Assembly (NCBI GenBank): GCA_002633005.1 | Contig: NMRA01000065.1 | Location: 304,011 to 368,010 of the forward strand | Direction: 5' to 3' | DNA from: Phoronis australis | Taxonomy: Eukaryota > Animalia > Phoronida | DNA length: 64,000 bases | Shown here: positions 29,401 to 40,000 of the stretch, piece after piece | Position numbering within the stretch: position 1 is the stretch's first letter | Layout of the letters: each line of letters opens with the position of its first letter | Notes under the pieces: generated by a model | What the model was told of the DNA's origin: nothing | What the model saw: only the letters and a program-made list of their open reading frames with translations | The model's database searches: none | Position numbers and translations under genes: made by a program

Positions 29401-31422
29401 TTGCAAGTCAAATTCAGTGTTGTATTATGCCTTAGTGTTATGAGATTGCATTGCCATTGCTTACTCAAGTCACAGGCAATTCATACAGGCACTGCTACTC
29501 ACTAGCAGTGTAATTGGGTGCCGTGCTTGTTATGTACGGTGACGTCTGCTGGGGACATCTGTGCATGTTCTTCATTAATGCGTCAAACACTAGTCATATT
29601 TAACACACCCTTGAATGTCAGTATGAATGGTTCTCCATGTCGGGTCGCAGTATTTAAAGTTTTTATTTGAATTTTCCCTGGAGTGTTTTATACTCACTGT
29701 ACTGAGAATTACGCTGATTTTCCTTCCAGTACTCGTGTGTTGATGGTGTGGGACTTATCATAAACGTAGCTGGGACAAGTCACCATTGTTACAGAGAAGG
29801 CCAAACAAACAATTTCAGAGTATTAACAAACAACTACCTTCATGAAGGAGCTATACTGTGTCCATCTTGTGCTGAAATATGTGGTGTAAGTAACTGGTGT
29901 ATTCACAATATGGAAATGGAAACAAGTTACACATTGAAGTTCATATTCGTGTGTTACGATTTATTATAATCAGCAAGGACAGATGACATTTTCTGTGATA
30001 GGTGGAAACAACTCGTGTCCTATGCTAGAGTAGATTTTTTGGACATACAGCAGTTTTCAAAATAAACTAGATTTATTTCGGCAGAACGCTCTCAAACTCT
30101 TCCACCCTTCACAAATTTGTGAACCAAGATGGGAGTATGTCAGTTTACAATTATTAAGTGGTTCCAAACATACTTTAAAGTGGTTATAAATCTGCTTTCC
30201 GTCACAAAAACTTGATTTTTACCACTTAATAAGTGGTAAAAATAAGTTATTGACATGAGTGTGGTTTCAAATTGTTCCTTAGTTACATTAGAGGTGATTT
30301 CTTGGCTTAATTTTTACTCGAGACCAGACTCCTCAACTTGACTGATCACTTTGGGTTATTTCATGTCCTAATCATCACTTCAAGCAATAAAGATCCCATT
30401 TTTTCTTAGCCCCAAATCCACTTCTCACCTGAGTAAAAAACAAGTTGATATCACTCTCATAACGGTTCATGGTCTAAATCAAAAGTTAACCTTTCAGGGC
30501 TGTTCCAGCAAAATCTGTGTGGGAGGGGGGAAGGCAACTGAAATAAAAATTTATGGGTGGTTGCGTTTGATTTAAATTCAAAATGGCTGGTGGTCGTACT
30601 TCACAAAAATAAAAATTTACAGGTCGTTGTTGTTTCATTGGGCCATAAATGTTTGATGGTGGGTAATTTTAGTAAGTTTTATAAACAATCCGCACAGAAT
30701 CAAAAACTGAAACAAAAATGCAACTTGCAAAAAGCTCCGACTTTTTCACTCCCTCCGATCTCCTCATCGGCATGCCCATAACACCATTTAACCACAGGTG
30801 CTCGAATTTTTCGATGGCTAATAACCATATATAAGAAACATATGTTTTCTGAGTAATGAATGATGTTAGTGGTGATGGAGGAACAGATAAACTCAAGCGC
30901 CTGTGCAGTCAACCACAAGAACAAAAAAAATACGGGTGGTTGCATTTCAAACTTATAAAAAATTATGGGTGGTAGGCTGAAGAAATAAATGAAAAATATG
31001 GGTGGTGGGTGCGAAAAAAGGTGCCTTCCCCCCCCTCCCATACAGATTTTACTGGAATTGCCCTTACTCAACTCAAAGTTATAGCCGATATCAGTTTCCC
31101 ATCATGACAGATTACGAACCACCAGGACTCAACTCTGATGTGAAATTATGGTTAGTCAGCTATCACTATTGATTTTTGGCATATACTGCGTTAGGACCAT
31201 GCAGATGTCACACGATTCATTCAGTGCCTGTTTCAACTGTTTTCATCTAAACTGTGTACTTTACAGGATATTATTCAGTGTCCTCCCGAACAATACGCCA
31301 CTGTGAAGCAGAGTCAAGTGGAACTAAATGTGCCCTGTCCGACCAGCACTTCGTCTAGACTATTCCCCTTGTTGTGTGACAAAGGTCTCACAGTTGTTTT
31401 ATTGGTACTTGTGCTTACATGA
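14324..31422 (+). CDS. LMLN: Leishmanolysin-like peptidase (invadolysin, peptidase M8), whole gene; join(14324-14440,16925-17056,18049-18131,18737-18854,19683-19858,20238-20441,21636-21753,22103-22210,23443-23519,24491-24601,25439-25571,27038-27127,27266-27335,29021-29151,29730-29885,31267-31422), 659 aa
   Basis: All introns are GT-AG with matching phases and the 1980-nt ORF is open. It has a hydrophobic N-terminus, RKRS furin-like site, [10 protein letters not shown] zinc motif, third ligand in LTHWEKR, Met-turn NEVMTG, ADYCP and a hydrophobic C-terminal tail. Confidence 0.95.
16925..17056 (+). CDS. LMLN: LMLN exon 2
   Basis: ttttcag acceptor; [24 protein letters not shown]..; gtgagt donor. 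Confidence 0.9.
18049..18131 (+). CDS. LMLN: LMLN exon 3
   Basis: [23 protein letters not shown]; AG/GT bounded. Confidence 0.9.
18186..18510. mobile_element. MITE-like element in LMLN intron 3
   Basis: Inverted repeats 'acaaaatgatccggaattcc' / 'ggaattctgggtcattttgt', with internal 'gatggggaatt' repeats. Confidence 0.5.
18737..18854 (+). CDS. LMLN: LMLN exon 4
   Basis: [27 protein letters not shown]; AG/GT bounded. Confidence 0.9.
19683..19858 (+). CDS. LMLN: LMLN exon 5
   Basis: [30 protein letters not shown]; AG/GT bounded. Confidence 0.93.
20238..20441 (+). CDS. LMLN: LMLN exon 6 (HExxH active site)
   Basis: [29 protein letters not shown]. Confidence 0.95.
21636..21753 (+). CDS. LMLN: LMLN exon 7
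   Basis: [15 protein letters not shown]; AG/GT bounded. Confidence 0.92.
22103..22210 (+). CDS. LMLN: LMLN exon 8
   Basis: [29 protein letters not shown]. Confidence 0.95.
23443..23519 (+). CDS. LMLN: LMLN exon 9 (Met-turn)
   Basis: [26 protein letters not shown]; absent from the ORF track and read directly. Confidence 0.93.
24491..24601 (+). CDS. LMLN: LMLN exon 10
   Basis: [27 protein letters not shown]. Confidence 0.93.
25439..25571 (+). CDS. LMLN: LMLN exon 11
   Basis: [29 protein letters not shown]. Confidence 0.92.
27038..27127 (+). CDS. LMLN: LMLN exon 12
   Basis: [21 protein letters not shown]. Confidence 0.92.
27266..27335 (+). CDS. LMLN: LMLN exon 13
   Basis: [23 protein letters not shown]; gtaagt donor. 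Confidence 0.9.
27383..27503. repeat. Minisatellite, 29-bp unit x ~4
   Basis: 'gctgcttaaggtcctgtggtaaccagggt' repeated head to tail. Confidence 0.95.
27857..29075. repeat. 609-bp direct duplication joined by a single N (probable haplotype-overlap assembly artefact)
   Basis: 27857-28465 is nearly identical to 28467-29075, with N at 28466. The first copy truncates exon 14. Confidence 0.85.
29021..29151 (+). CDS. LMLN: LMLN exon 14
   Basis: [24 protein letters not shown]. Confidence 0.92.
29730..29885 (+). CDS. LMLN: LMLN exon 15
   Basis: [31 protein letters not shown]. Confidence 0.92.
30497..31063. mobile_element. PIF/Harbinger-like MITE
   Basis: TIRs of about 40 bp, 'gggctgttccagcaaaatctgtgtgggaggggggaaggca' / 'tgccttccccccctcccatacagattttactggaattgccc', flanked by tca/tta (TWA-type TSD with one mismatch). 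Confidence 0.7.
31267..31422 (+). CDS. LMLN: LMLN exon 16 (terminal, hydrophobic GPI-signal-like tail)
   Basis: [38 protein letters not shown]. Confidence 0.85.
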   Translation, partial: DIIQCPPEQYATVKQSQVELNVPCPTSTSSRLFPLLCDKGLTVVLLVLVLT

Positions 31423-33398
31423 CTGCTGTTGTACAAATTTTTTACATTTATTTTGTACATATTGTTACTTTAATGCAGGTTTTATGATCAAAAGTTTAGC
31501 TATCCTTACATTGTTTTGTGAGTTGTACTTGTACTGCAGAGTTAAATATGGCCAACATGATGTGAACAATGATTGATCATGATTGTAAATGTTGTTTTTG
31601 AAAATGAACCGAGCTTTTATAAAGCAACTTTTGTCTTTTTTCTGTCAGTGTGTCTTACCCAACAATAGCTATTAAGTGTTTTCATTGCTCATTAGTTGTT
31701 TCCTAATGTAATCCCTGTTTTCATCAGAACTCAGAAGTTGAACATTGAAACTGATCAAAATATGATATGGTGGCAACAGGCTGCAGTAAGGTCTAGATGG
31801 TGACAAAATATTTGGAGCCACACTGCTCATTATGACTTACAGTTTACCCAAGTCTTGACTGAAGATTTAATGCAGTAAAATCTCAATGTCTTTTATAAAT
31901 CCTGTGATTGCCATACCATAAAGTTATTGTTTGTGTGCGATGGGATATTTAAATTTTGTGCACAGAATTATGCAAAATGTCTGTAAACTAAATTTGTCAT
32001 CAACTCAGTCGATCTTGCACACTACAATTTGAAATTGGCTAAAGCAAATGTTGCTTTCATTCCCTCACAATAATCAAGTATCATACGTTCCTTATTCAAG
32101 AGCATCCCACATTAAGATTTCTACTTCGCGATGTTTTCATAAGCCACGCTGCAAGACAAAAGTTACATAGCATGAACAATGGACGTCATTCTTTTCTCAA
32201 ACCTTTGCTTTCATATCAAAATAATGGCCAACCATACCTGGTCGTTTCCCCCAAGTGACCTCGGCTGTCCCATTTTCAACCCTGAAAAGTATGTATTTTA
32301 TGAATCCCCGAATAATATTGCGAATGACTGATCAAGTTCTGCCACATGATTGAAGTCATTTTAAACAAGTTCCACTTTTGGTGCATAAATAATAAAATTA
32401 AAGAAATTAAGAGTAGCAGTGATAAATATAGATGTAATTTACAAAATATGTGAATTTTTTGTTAAATGCCTCAACCTACTTTTCGACAAACCTAATCGAA
32501 AGAAAATGTGAACTATTAATGTGGCAAACACCGTGACCAGCATTTAGTGTACCTAAGGCAGTGCCAAATATGGAAACACTAGAATCACAGGATTTTACAT
32601 TTTTATTTAGCATTATGAAAGCAACAAAATGTACAAAATGAAAAACGTAAGGAAAACATCACAAGTCACCTACTGAACTAAACAGAATACCTAATGTAAT
32701 GTGTATTTTGGTTCTCAGAACCCAAACACAGCATTTTGACGTTGGAAATGCACAATGTGCGATTCAGTATGGTTCTAAAGGAGGTCTCGGTCCTTTTAAC
32801 ATCCCAATAGATTGAGAGTAGAATGTAGATTATCACCAAGCAGGTGGTGTGCACGGGATAAGGGTACAGCGCCCCCACCTGAATGTATTGATGTAGATTA
32901 TCACCAAGGAGGTGTGCATGGGATAAGGGTTCTACCTGAATGTATCCATGTCTGGACAGTACAACAGTAACACTAGCGCCACCTAATTCACCATTAAGAT
33001 GCTCTTTCTGTGAAGAATAGGGCATACATAGTGGTCATAAAAACGATGCATATGTAGACTGCATTTAAGTTCAATGGCAGCAATATTTCAGTATTAGTAC
33101 AATCCGATAATCAAAACGACTGTCCATCAACTTGTATGTAAGGTCCACATTGCTGTTTCGCCTGTTCTCATGCAATAGTTCCAGTTCCAGACCAACTCTT
33201 GTATGTCCAGTCCAACTTCGGTGACATTTCAGCAAATAGCACACACGGCATACAGACACTGAAAATGTAAACACACAATACAGTTGGACACCAGTTTCAT
33301 CTCTACTCCTTGAATGAAAACAACCATTGTTTCAAAAAGGATGATGTTCCAAATTTACTGAAAAGCTCAGCTACATTTCAGTTTCTCATTCTCAGTTC

Positions 33399-33526
33399 TC
33401 CTGTGACACCCACATCAGTGAGACAGACGGATGGCTAACTGTCTGTCAATGGTTCAGGGTGAAATTTAATCTAGCATGGTGTCTGGCCTCACTGCCTATC
33501 AACAGGCAGCAAGGAATTCGTCATGC
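33399..33526 (-). ncRNA. SNORA15: Box H/ACA snoRNA, SNORA15-like; predicted guide for 18S rRNA pseudouridines at human-equivalent U1367 (5' hairpin) and U109 (3' hairpin)
   Basis: The - strand reads GCATG-acgaatt-[CCTTGCTGCCTGT/ATAGGCAGTGAGG]-ccagacac-CATGC-t-AGATTA (box H)..CACCC-tgaaccat-[GACAGAC/GTCTGTC]..ctgatgt-GGGTG-tc-ACA-gga. Both pockets lie 14 nt from their box. The pockets complement conserved 18S 'UGUCUGG UU AAUUC' and 'AUCAG UU AUGGUUC'. 'GCATG..GCCAGACACCATGC' matches my recollection of human SNORA15. Confidence 0.88.
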
Positions 33527-33955
33527 AAATGTGGTTCACGTATCGGCCCAGTCTAAAATGCATGACCAAGAGGTTTGATATGCACTTTCTTTAGTGAGGC
33601 TAAACTGGGTTTCTCCATCTTGTACTTTCAAGAAAACGGAGAATAAACGAGCAGGGCACCAGAAGGCTTCATCCAAAAGCGGCTTAATGAATATCTCTAA
33701 CAAAAATGATTTACTCACCATAACAACACAGAAATAGTAAAATCGGCAAATTTCTTCAGATTTGTGCATTCACACAAACTAATGTTACAACAGAGGCAAC
33801 AAGGTGAAGTGATTCGATTTCAATTCGACTCGTTGCGTAATGTTTCGAGCCGTCACAGTTGGAGCTGCCCTTTTAGAAACCCTGCCGTCACTGCAGGATG
33901 GAGTGCCGCTAACGGACATCTGGAGCCATGACTACTGCACACTTACCAGTTCTCT

Positions 33956-34068
33956 CTATGCCTCCCTGACGTCATCAATCTTTAATATCATTTTACACAA
34001 CTGCACAGCTAGCATTATCTGAGCCCTCTTAGACGTTAGTGTCTCAATCACATGCTGTTCTTTCATGT
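33956..34068 (-). CDS. CCT5: CCT5 exon 10, coding part
   Basis: [37 protein letters not shown]. Confidence 0.93.
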
Positions 34069-37000
34069 CTGAAACAAAGCAGTCCATTGTTAACGCCAAA
34101 GCAATTTAGGATATTAGCCAAAGTGCCACCTTCAGACATAGGTTATTCCCTCTTTTTGCACTCTTCTAAGTTAAGAATTCAGCACCACAGGTATGATGAG
34201 GTGTTATTTCTTAAAATTCCAGGTGNTAAATACAAACGTAGCAGTGCCGCTGGTGGTCTAGAAGACCCGTGCAAAACTTTTTTGATAAATTGAAGACGTT
34301 ACTTTAGCCAAGTTTTAGAACTGAAGGTACGTCATTGTTCGCATGTACACGCTCATGGACTGGGCGCTTATTCCAGCAAAGTCTGAAAACGCGTGGGGGG
34401 GCGCTTATAGGGGCATGGGCGGTTATTACGGCGAATACGGTAATGATACACAGATAGTCAGTTGCAGATGAGTAACAACAGACTAGACTAACAATGACAA
34501 CCTGTGGTGTGCTAGTTGCCTATTGAGATTGGGCTTGCACCAATTGATGAGTGGAGCCAGCTTCATAACAGTATCGTTCAAGAAATGGAGACAGATTCTC
34601 ATAGCCAGGTGCAAACAGGTAGATGTGGGGTCAAGATTTGGTGATGTAGAGAATGTTGACACATTAACAAGGATGCCAAATAAGGAGGAGTCTGAAAAAG
34701 TGCGTGTCAATCATTCTGCAACAAACAGCGTCCAGCTTCTGCCCCTTACCATTGGTACCCTTCAGATTGCAGTCGATGCCAAGACGAGGGTTGTTCTCCT
34801 TCACCTGCTGGGACTTGACTGCAGCCAACGTCTCTATGGGTGAAAGGCCGCTGTTCTCTGACAGTGCTAAAGGTATGGCCTCCATGGCCTCCGAGAAGGC
34901 ACGCATGGCATACTGTTCTAGTGTAGACACCTGGGGGGAACAAAAATGATGAGGACACTGAGGACATTAAAAATCAAAATCTAAATGGCTAAAGCCTCCT
35001 TAGTGTTGGCAATTTAAAGAAAGAGTGGCAAATAACATCATTGAAGTATTAAATCAATGTTAACTGAATTTCTGCATTAACTTGTTGCAGTAAAGAGTTT
35101 TGATTTTGGCTCAACTGCGTAGAGTTTGAAACTAAAAGAAATGAGTTTGAACACATAGATGATCCATTTTTGAACCGAGGCGGGTATCTTGGACATTGGA
35201 CATCCACTCCTTGTACGCATCTCAACCATTTACATATTAACTCTATAGTATGGGCTTGGACTTTAAGTTGAATTTGCAAGTTAAATACTTATCTTTGTGA
35301 TTGTTAGGCCAAATTAGAAAGACAACATATAGCAGCGATGTGAATATGAAGAAACTTGAAAGTTGCTAAATGTTTTTAAGAACAGGTATTGTGGCAAAAA
35401 TGATCTGCCACAAATCACTGAACTGTGTCTAGTAAGTATCGTAACGTGATGCTGGGGAATAACACTGCCCGATACGCTCTATGTGACTCCGCGAGGTAAG
35501 TCATTGGTGCAGAGATCACCTATTTGCAGAATTTTTTTGTTTCCATTTATGAATTATCATTGAATAGCACTGTCGTTTAGTTCGTGCCATATATTAGCAT
35601 AGTCAGGAGCATAAAAATACATCTTTAAAGACATGTTCATAAACCTTGTAATTGCTATAGAATTTGAATTTTCTATTCAGAAGAAAATTGTGCACGACAA
35701 TATTTATTGCTTTGCAAAATAACTTTGGAGAAGCGGGAAAACAGGGACACATTTAGCTCCCGGGTCGCATCGGATGCCATTGACCAAAACTAAATTCATG
35801 AAATACATTTACACATCAAAAGCATTCAGACAAAACCCCTCTCAGATTTCCCCACCATGGCAGCAGGGTAGAAATCAAATTCATGGTCACGACCACGTCA
35901 GTTGATTGTACCGCACAAACAAAGAACCACATAGTTTACCTTGTCAGCAGCTTCACTAACAGCTATTGAGCAAGCAATTTCAGCAGCCCCACCCCCGTAC
36001 ACAATGCGACTGTCCAAGACAAGGTTACGCACCACACAGAGCGCATCGTGAATACTGCGCTTGGCTTCTTCGATTATCTGAAACGCAAAAGTGTCAACTT
36101 GATGAAAACTGACCAACACTATGACTCAACCCAACAGGCCCTAGCCAAAAAGGAAGGAGCCATTGAAAATAACATATAGGTGCAATGCTTCTTCAACAAG
36201 GAAATCAAGACAAACAGATTTAAAGAGAATATAAAGAGAGAAGTGTTAACTAATCTAATAAAATCTCAATGTGTTCAACATGGCAGAGTTGAAATAGGTT
36301 TGCTTACAGAGGAGTCATCTCAACTTACAATGCTGCTTACAAACGAAAATTTGATGTCAGTTAAGTTCACTACACATACACACCAGTAAGCAAGTTAGCT
36401 AAAGAAAAACCAAACTATAAGTGACATAGATGAAGACTTACGTGTAGTTTTCTAGCTCAACTGCAAACCTCATCAGTTCAATTCTACGATGGACAAATCT
36501 ATTTTTCGTACATCTGTAACATGGTCATTCACAGACTAAACGCACTCACCATTTTGTTGCCGCCCCTGATAAATATCGTTACAGCTCTGGAATTCTGACA
36601 GTCCTCGATGACAAGCATTCTGTCTTTGGTAGTTCCAAATGTCAGCTCCCGTACAACGCCTGCTTTTCCCAGTTTCTTGGTGGTTAGTTCCTCAAAACGA
36701 GGCACGATGCGGCCACCGGTGGCAATGGCTATAAGCTGAAATGGCAGCATGAATCGGGTCAAGTAGCCGTGACAGTCCCTATGAATAACAAGATGTTTAC
36801 AGGCTCAGTAAACTAACGTCTCCTGTCAAAAACCAGCATTTGCCCTTATGAAACAAGTGTCATCTTGTTCCACACGCACATTAGAAATGACTTCTAGGCT
36901 TGAGCCAACACATCACTACTGCTGCAGACCAGGCCAATAACACATCACTACTGCTGCAGACCAGGCCAATTACGCTGCTAGTCCCGGCAGGTTAAGTTTC

Positions 37001-40000
37001 AGTAACCAGCTTGGTTGAGGGAAATCCAGGCAATCTACTTAAACCAACTTCAATTCAAACAAGGGACAACAATGAGAAGGCGTTGCTTCAGAAGGACAAA
37101 AATGACTGTGACAAAAATGTTTTGACACTACGCATTATAGCTAGCGACTTTGATTTAGCAACTATTAGAGTAACAATTTACTTCAAGCAGGATTACCAAA
37201 CAGCTACGAATTTGAAAAAAGTCAGCCTTGCTCAGTCCTAGCAGTCAGGGTGGCAAACAAAACTAGAGAAGACTCATAAAGCCACAAGAATGGGTTACAC
37301 CAGAAATTTGGATTTAAAACAACAACCTGCACCAACCAAAATGGCGCTCTTTGGAAAGCTCCTGTACTGAAGACCATGGTGACAAGTGAACCCCACTAGA
37401 GGTATTTACCCTCGGGGAAACTTGCTTACCTCAATTTCAGGTCCTCCGACCCACCTAACGGCAGGTAGCTGTCTCTGCAGAAGAAGGTGGTTGGCCTCAT
37501 CATCAAAGCCCCACTGACATATGACTAGGTTGGCTCCCGTCTCCTTCACCTGGTTTAAATGACACACAGGTATACTGGGTAGTATGATACACAGGTATAC
37601 TGGGTAGTATGATACACAGGTATACTGGGTAGTATGATACACAGGTATACTGGGTAGTATGATACACAGGTATACTGGGTAGCATGATACACAGGTATAT
37701 TGACTAGACCGCAGTGGTGGAAACTAGCTACAGTAGGCTCACTAATATAGAAATATGAGATGTTTCAAAAAACAACGAACTTCGCGGACATTCTTTTAGC
37801 TTCATGACACTGTGGTGAAAGCCTAGAAAGCGGACGTAAATTACTACGAAATTACTACAAAATATCTAATCATAAATTTTTCACATTCTGACAGAGATCA
37901 GATTTTGGCGACTCTTTTGAAGAGAGCAGCAGGCTGACTAGTGACCACTTATATAAAATCAGAAGTCCAATGACACTTCACTAGCTTTGCAACAACCAAA
38001 TCGATCGATCAAACAATACTTCATACTTCTATGAAATACAATGCAGCAATTAAAATTAATGGCAACGCATTAGCTCTCCATATCCAAAACAGTACAAAAG
38101 GCAAACCTGATCAATCATGGTGTTAAATTTTTGCTGCTCGTACTCGCGTAGCTTCCTGTAGTCGTCGGCCGATGTGATGTCTAACTTGTGCTTAGTTTTG
38201 GGCTTGGGCGGCTCAAATGGGCATGTGAGAATGGCCATTTTCACATCTTTCAACGACTGGAAAACAAATGCAAAAATATCATCAGCCATCATCTGCATAA
38301 CAGATCCATGCAGTTCAAGTTCTATACACTGAGATGGTGAACTATCACAGGGAAATTAGCCAGCAAGTGTATTAACAGTAAAAGTACCACTATTGTATAA
38401 ATGCCGTGCCCAATAAGTATCAATAAGCTCTCGCCTGTCAAAAATCAAACAGCTGACAAAGCAACAACGAAAAAAATAAGTAACTCTATGAGTTACTCCT
38501 AAGGTACAGACAGATTCTATTCCAGTAAGGCAGCATCCTTGATGAGTTGTGTGCACCGACTGGAACACCAGAATCGCAGAACTTTGTAAGAGTTGAACAA
38601 AGGTCTGAGTTATGCATGTGACACTTGTGTAAGATTTATACGATTGGAGACTACAACAGCTAAAAAGTTGCTGAAATCTTTTAAAAGTTAAATCCCACAG
38701 CTTACCTTTGGCATCTGTGGATGGGACATGTCCTTGTCAATCACCACTCCCTTAACCAGCATGGTGTCCTCTAGTTTACCACCCACCTTCCCCTCTACTT
38801 TGATCAACTCAAAGTCGACGTCTTTCCTCTTGAGATCGGCCACAGACAAGACGGCGTCCACAGCGATTTCGGCCATTTGCCGGTGGCAACGGTTAATGCT
38901 GCAATGAACAACAGGCTTTATGTGAACACAGCCAGTAAATACAGCAATAACAAACATTATCAACCAGTGTTCTCACTGTATGATTGAAAAAGCGACACGT
39001 TTCTTAAAGTCGCAGTGAACTGACACTCCGTCAAAGAATTAACTTTTGATTTAAACCACTTAATACAGTTACAGAATTGGTCCCAACTTCGTTCTTACTC
39101 ACAGTAGAAGTGATTTCTAGGGTTGGAAAGAACTGACAGTTCGTCGGCGACGAACTGTCAGTTCTTTCCAACTCCGTAGGCCAAGCTCAAGAAGTGTGCT
39201 CGTCAATGTGTGTTACACTCTCCAGCAATATTGCATTGGGAGTTCTTTTTAAGCCCACTAATAACAGTTTATAGTGTAGAAGTGGTCATGTTTGTTGGAA
39301 CACAGGATTATAACCAAGTTCACTGCTCTGACCAAATGCAGAGACATAACACTCAATACAGGAATTTAAGTTCAATCACTGGTAATAAATACGGCGAGTG
39401 ACACATGTGTGCAGCAAGCAATAATAACGAAAAAAACTTAGTGACATTAGACATCATTTCAGCAAATACACACACAGGTAGAAAACACGACGCAGAGTAT
39501 GTGCATAGCTTGAAACATGTTTTTGCTTTTGATTTTTTCTTACAGTGACAAATCACAAGCATTTTTGTGTTTTTACACAAATCTGCACAGCCACATCAGT
39601 TTAATGTGTAACAAATAAAAACGGGAACAACCGGATGTAACTGAACATCGCAGTTGGTGGTCTGCACAGGGTGACTGTGAAACGAATATGCCATTTGATT
39701 TTCAATCACTAATCTTTTCGCTTTACTACCTTGGTTTGAAATTCAATTCAAGTGAGACAAGCACTAACATCAGAACTTACATTTTTGATCCTAATGTAGT
39801 CATAGCAGTCTCGATGAGTCGTTCCCGCTGCGACTCAAACGGGAAAGTGTCGCAGATCTTATCCAGGTGTTCGATGGCCACCTGGGCGGCCATCTCGTAG
39901 CCGTCGGCGATACGGATGGGGTGAATGCCGCGATCAAGGAGCTGCTCAGCTTGTTCAAGCAATGCCCCAGCCATAACTGCAAATAGCATTAACATGTGTT

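Noticed and set aside
33845-33900. SECIS-like pattern (GTGAC-12 nt-AAAA..TGAC) downstream of CCT5
   Set aside because: Helix II pairs poorly, and CCT5 has no in-frame UGA (its stop is TAG).
36265-36395. Hairpin with an internal loop 14 nt from an ACA in CCT5 intron 7
   Set aside because: There is no box H or separate first hairpin, and no convincing target. Worth a cmscan only.
38390-38566. Possible H/ACA snoRNA in CCT5 intron 4 (TTCCAGT/ACTGGAA stem followed by ATAGAA)
   Set aside because: The upper stem is weak, no clear second hairpin leads to an ACA box, and I could not identify an rRNA or snRNA target.
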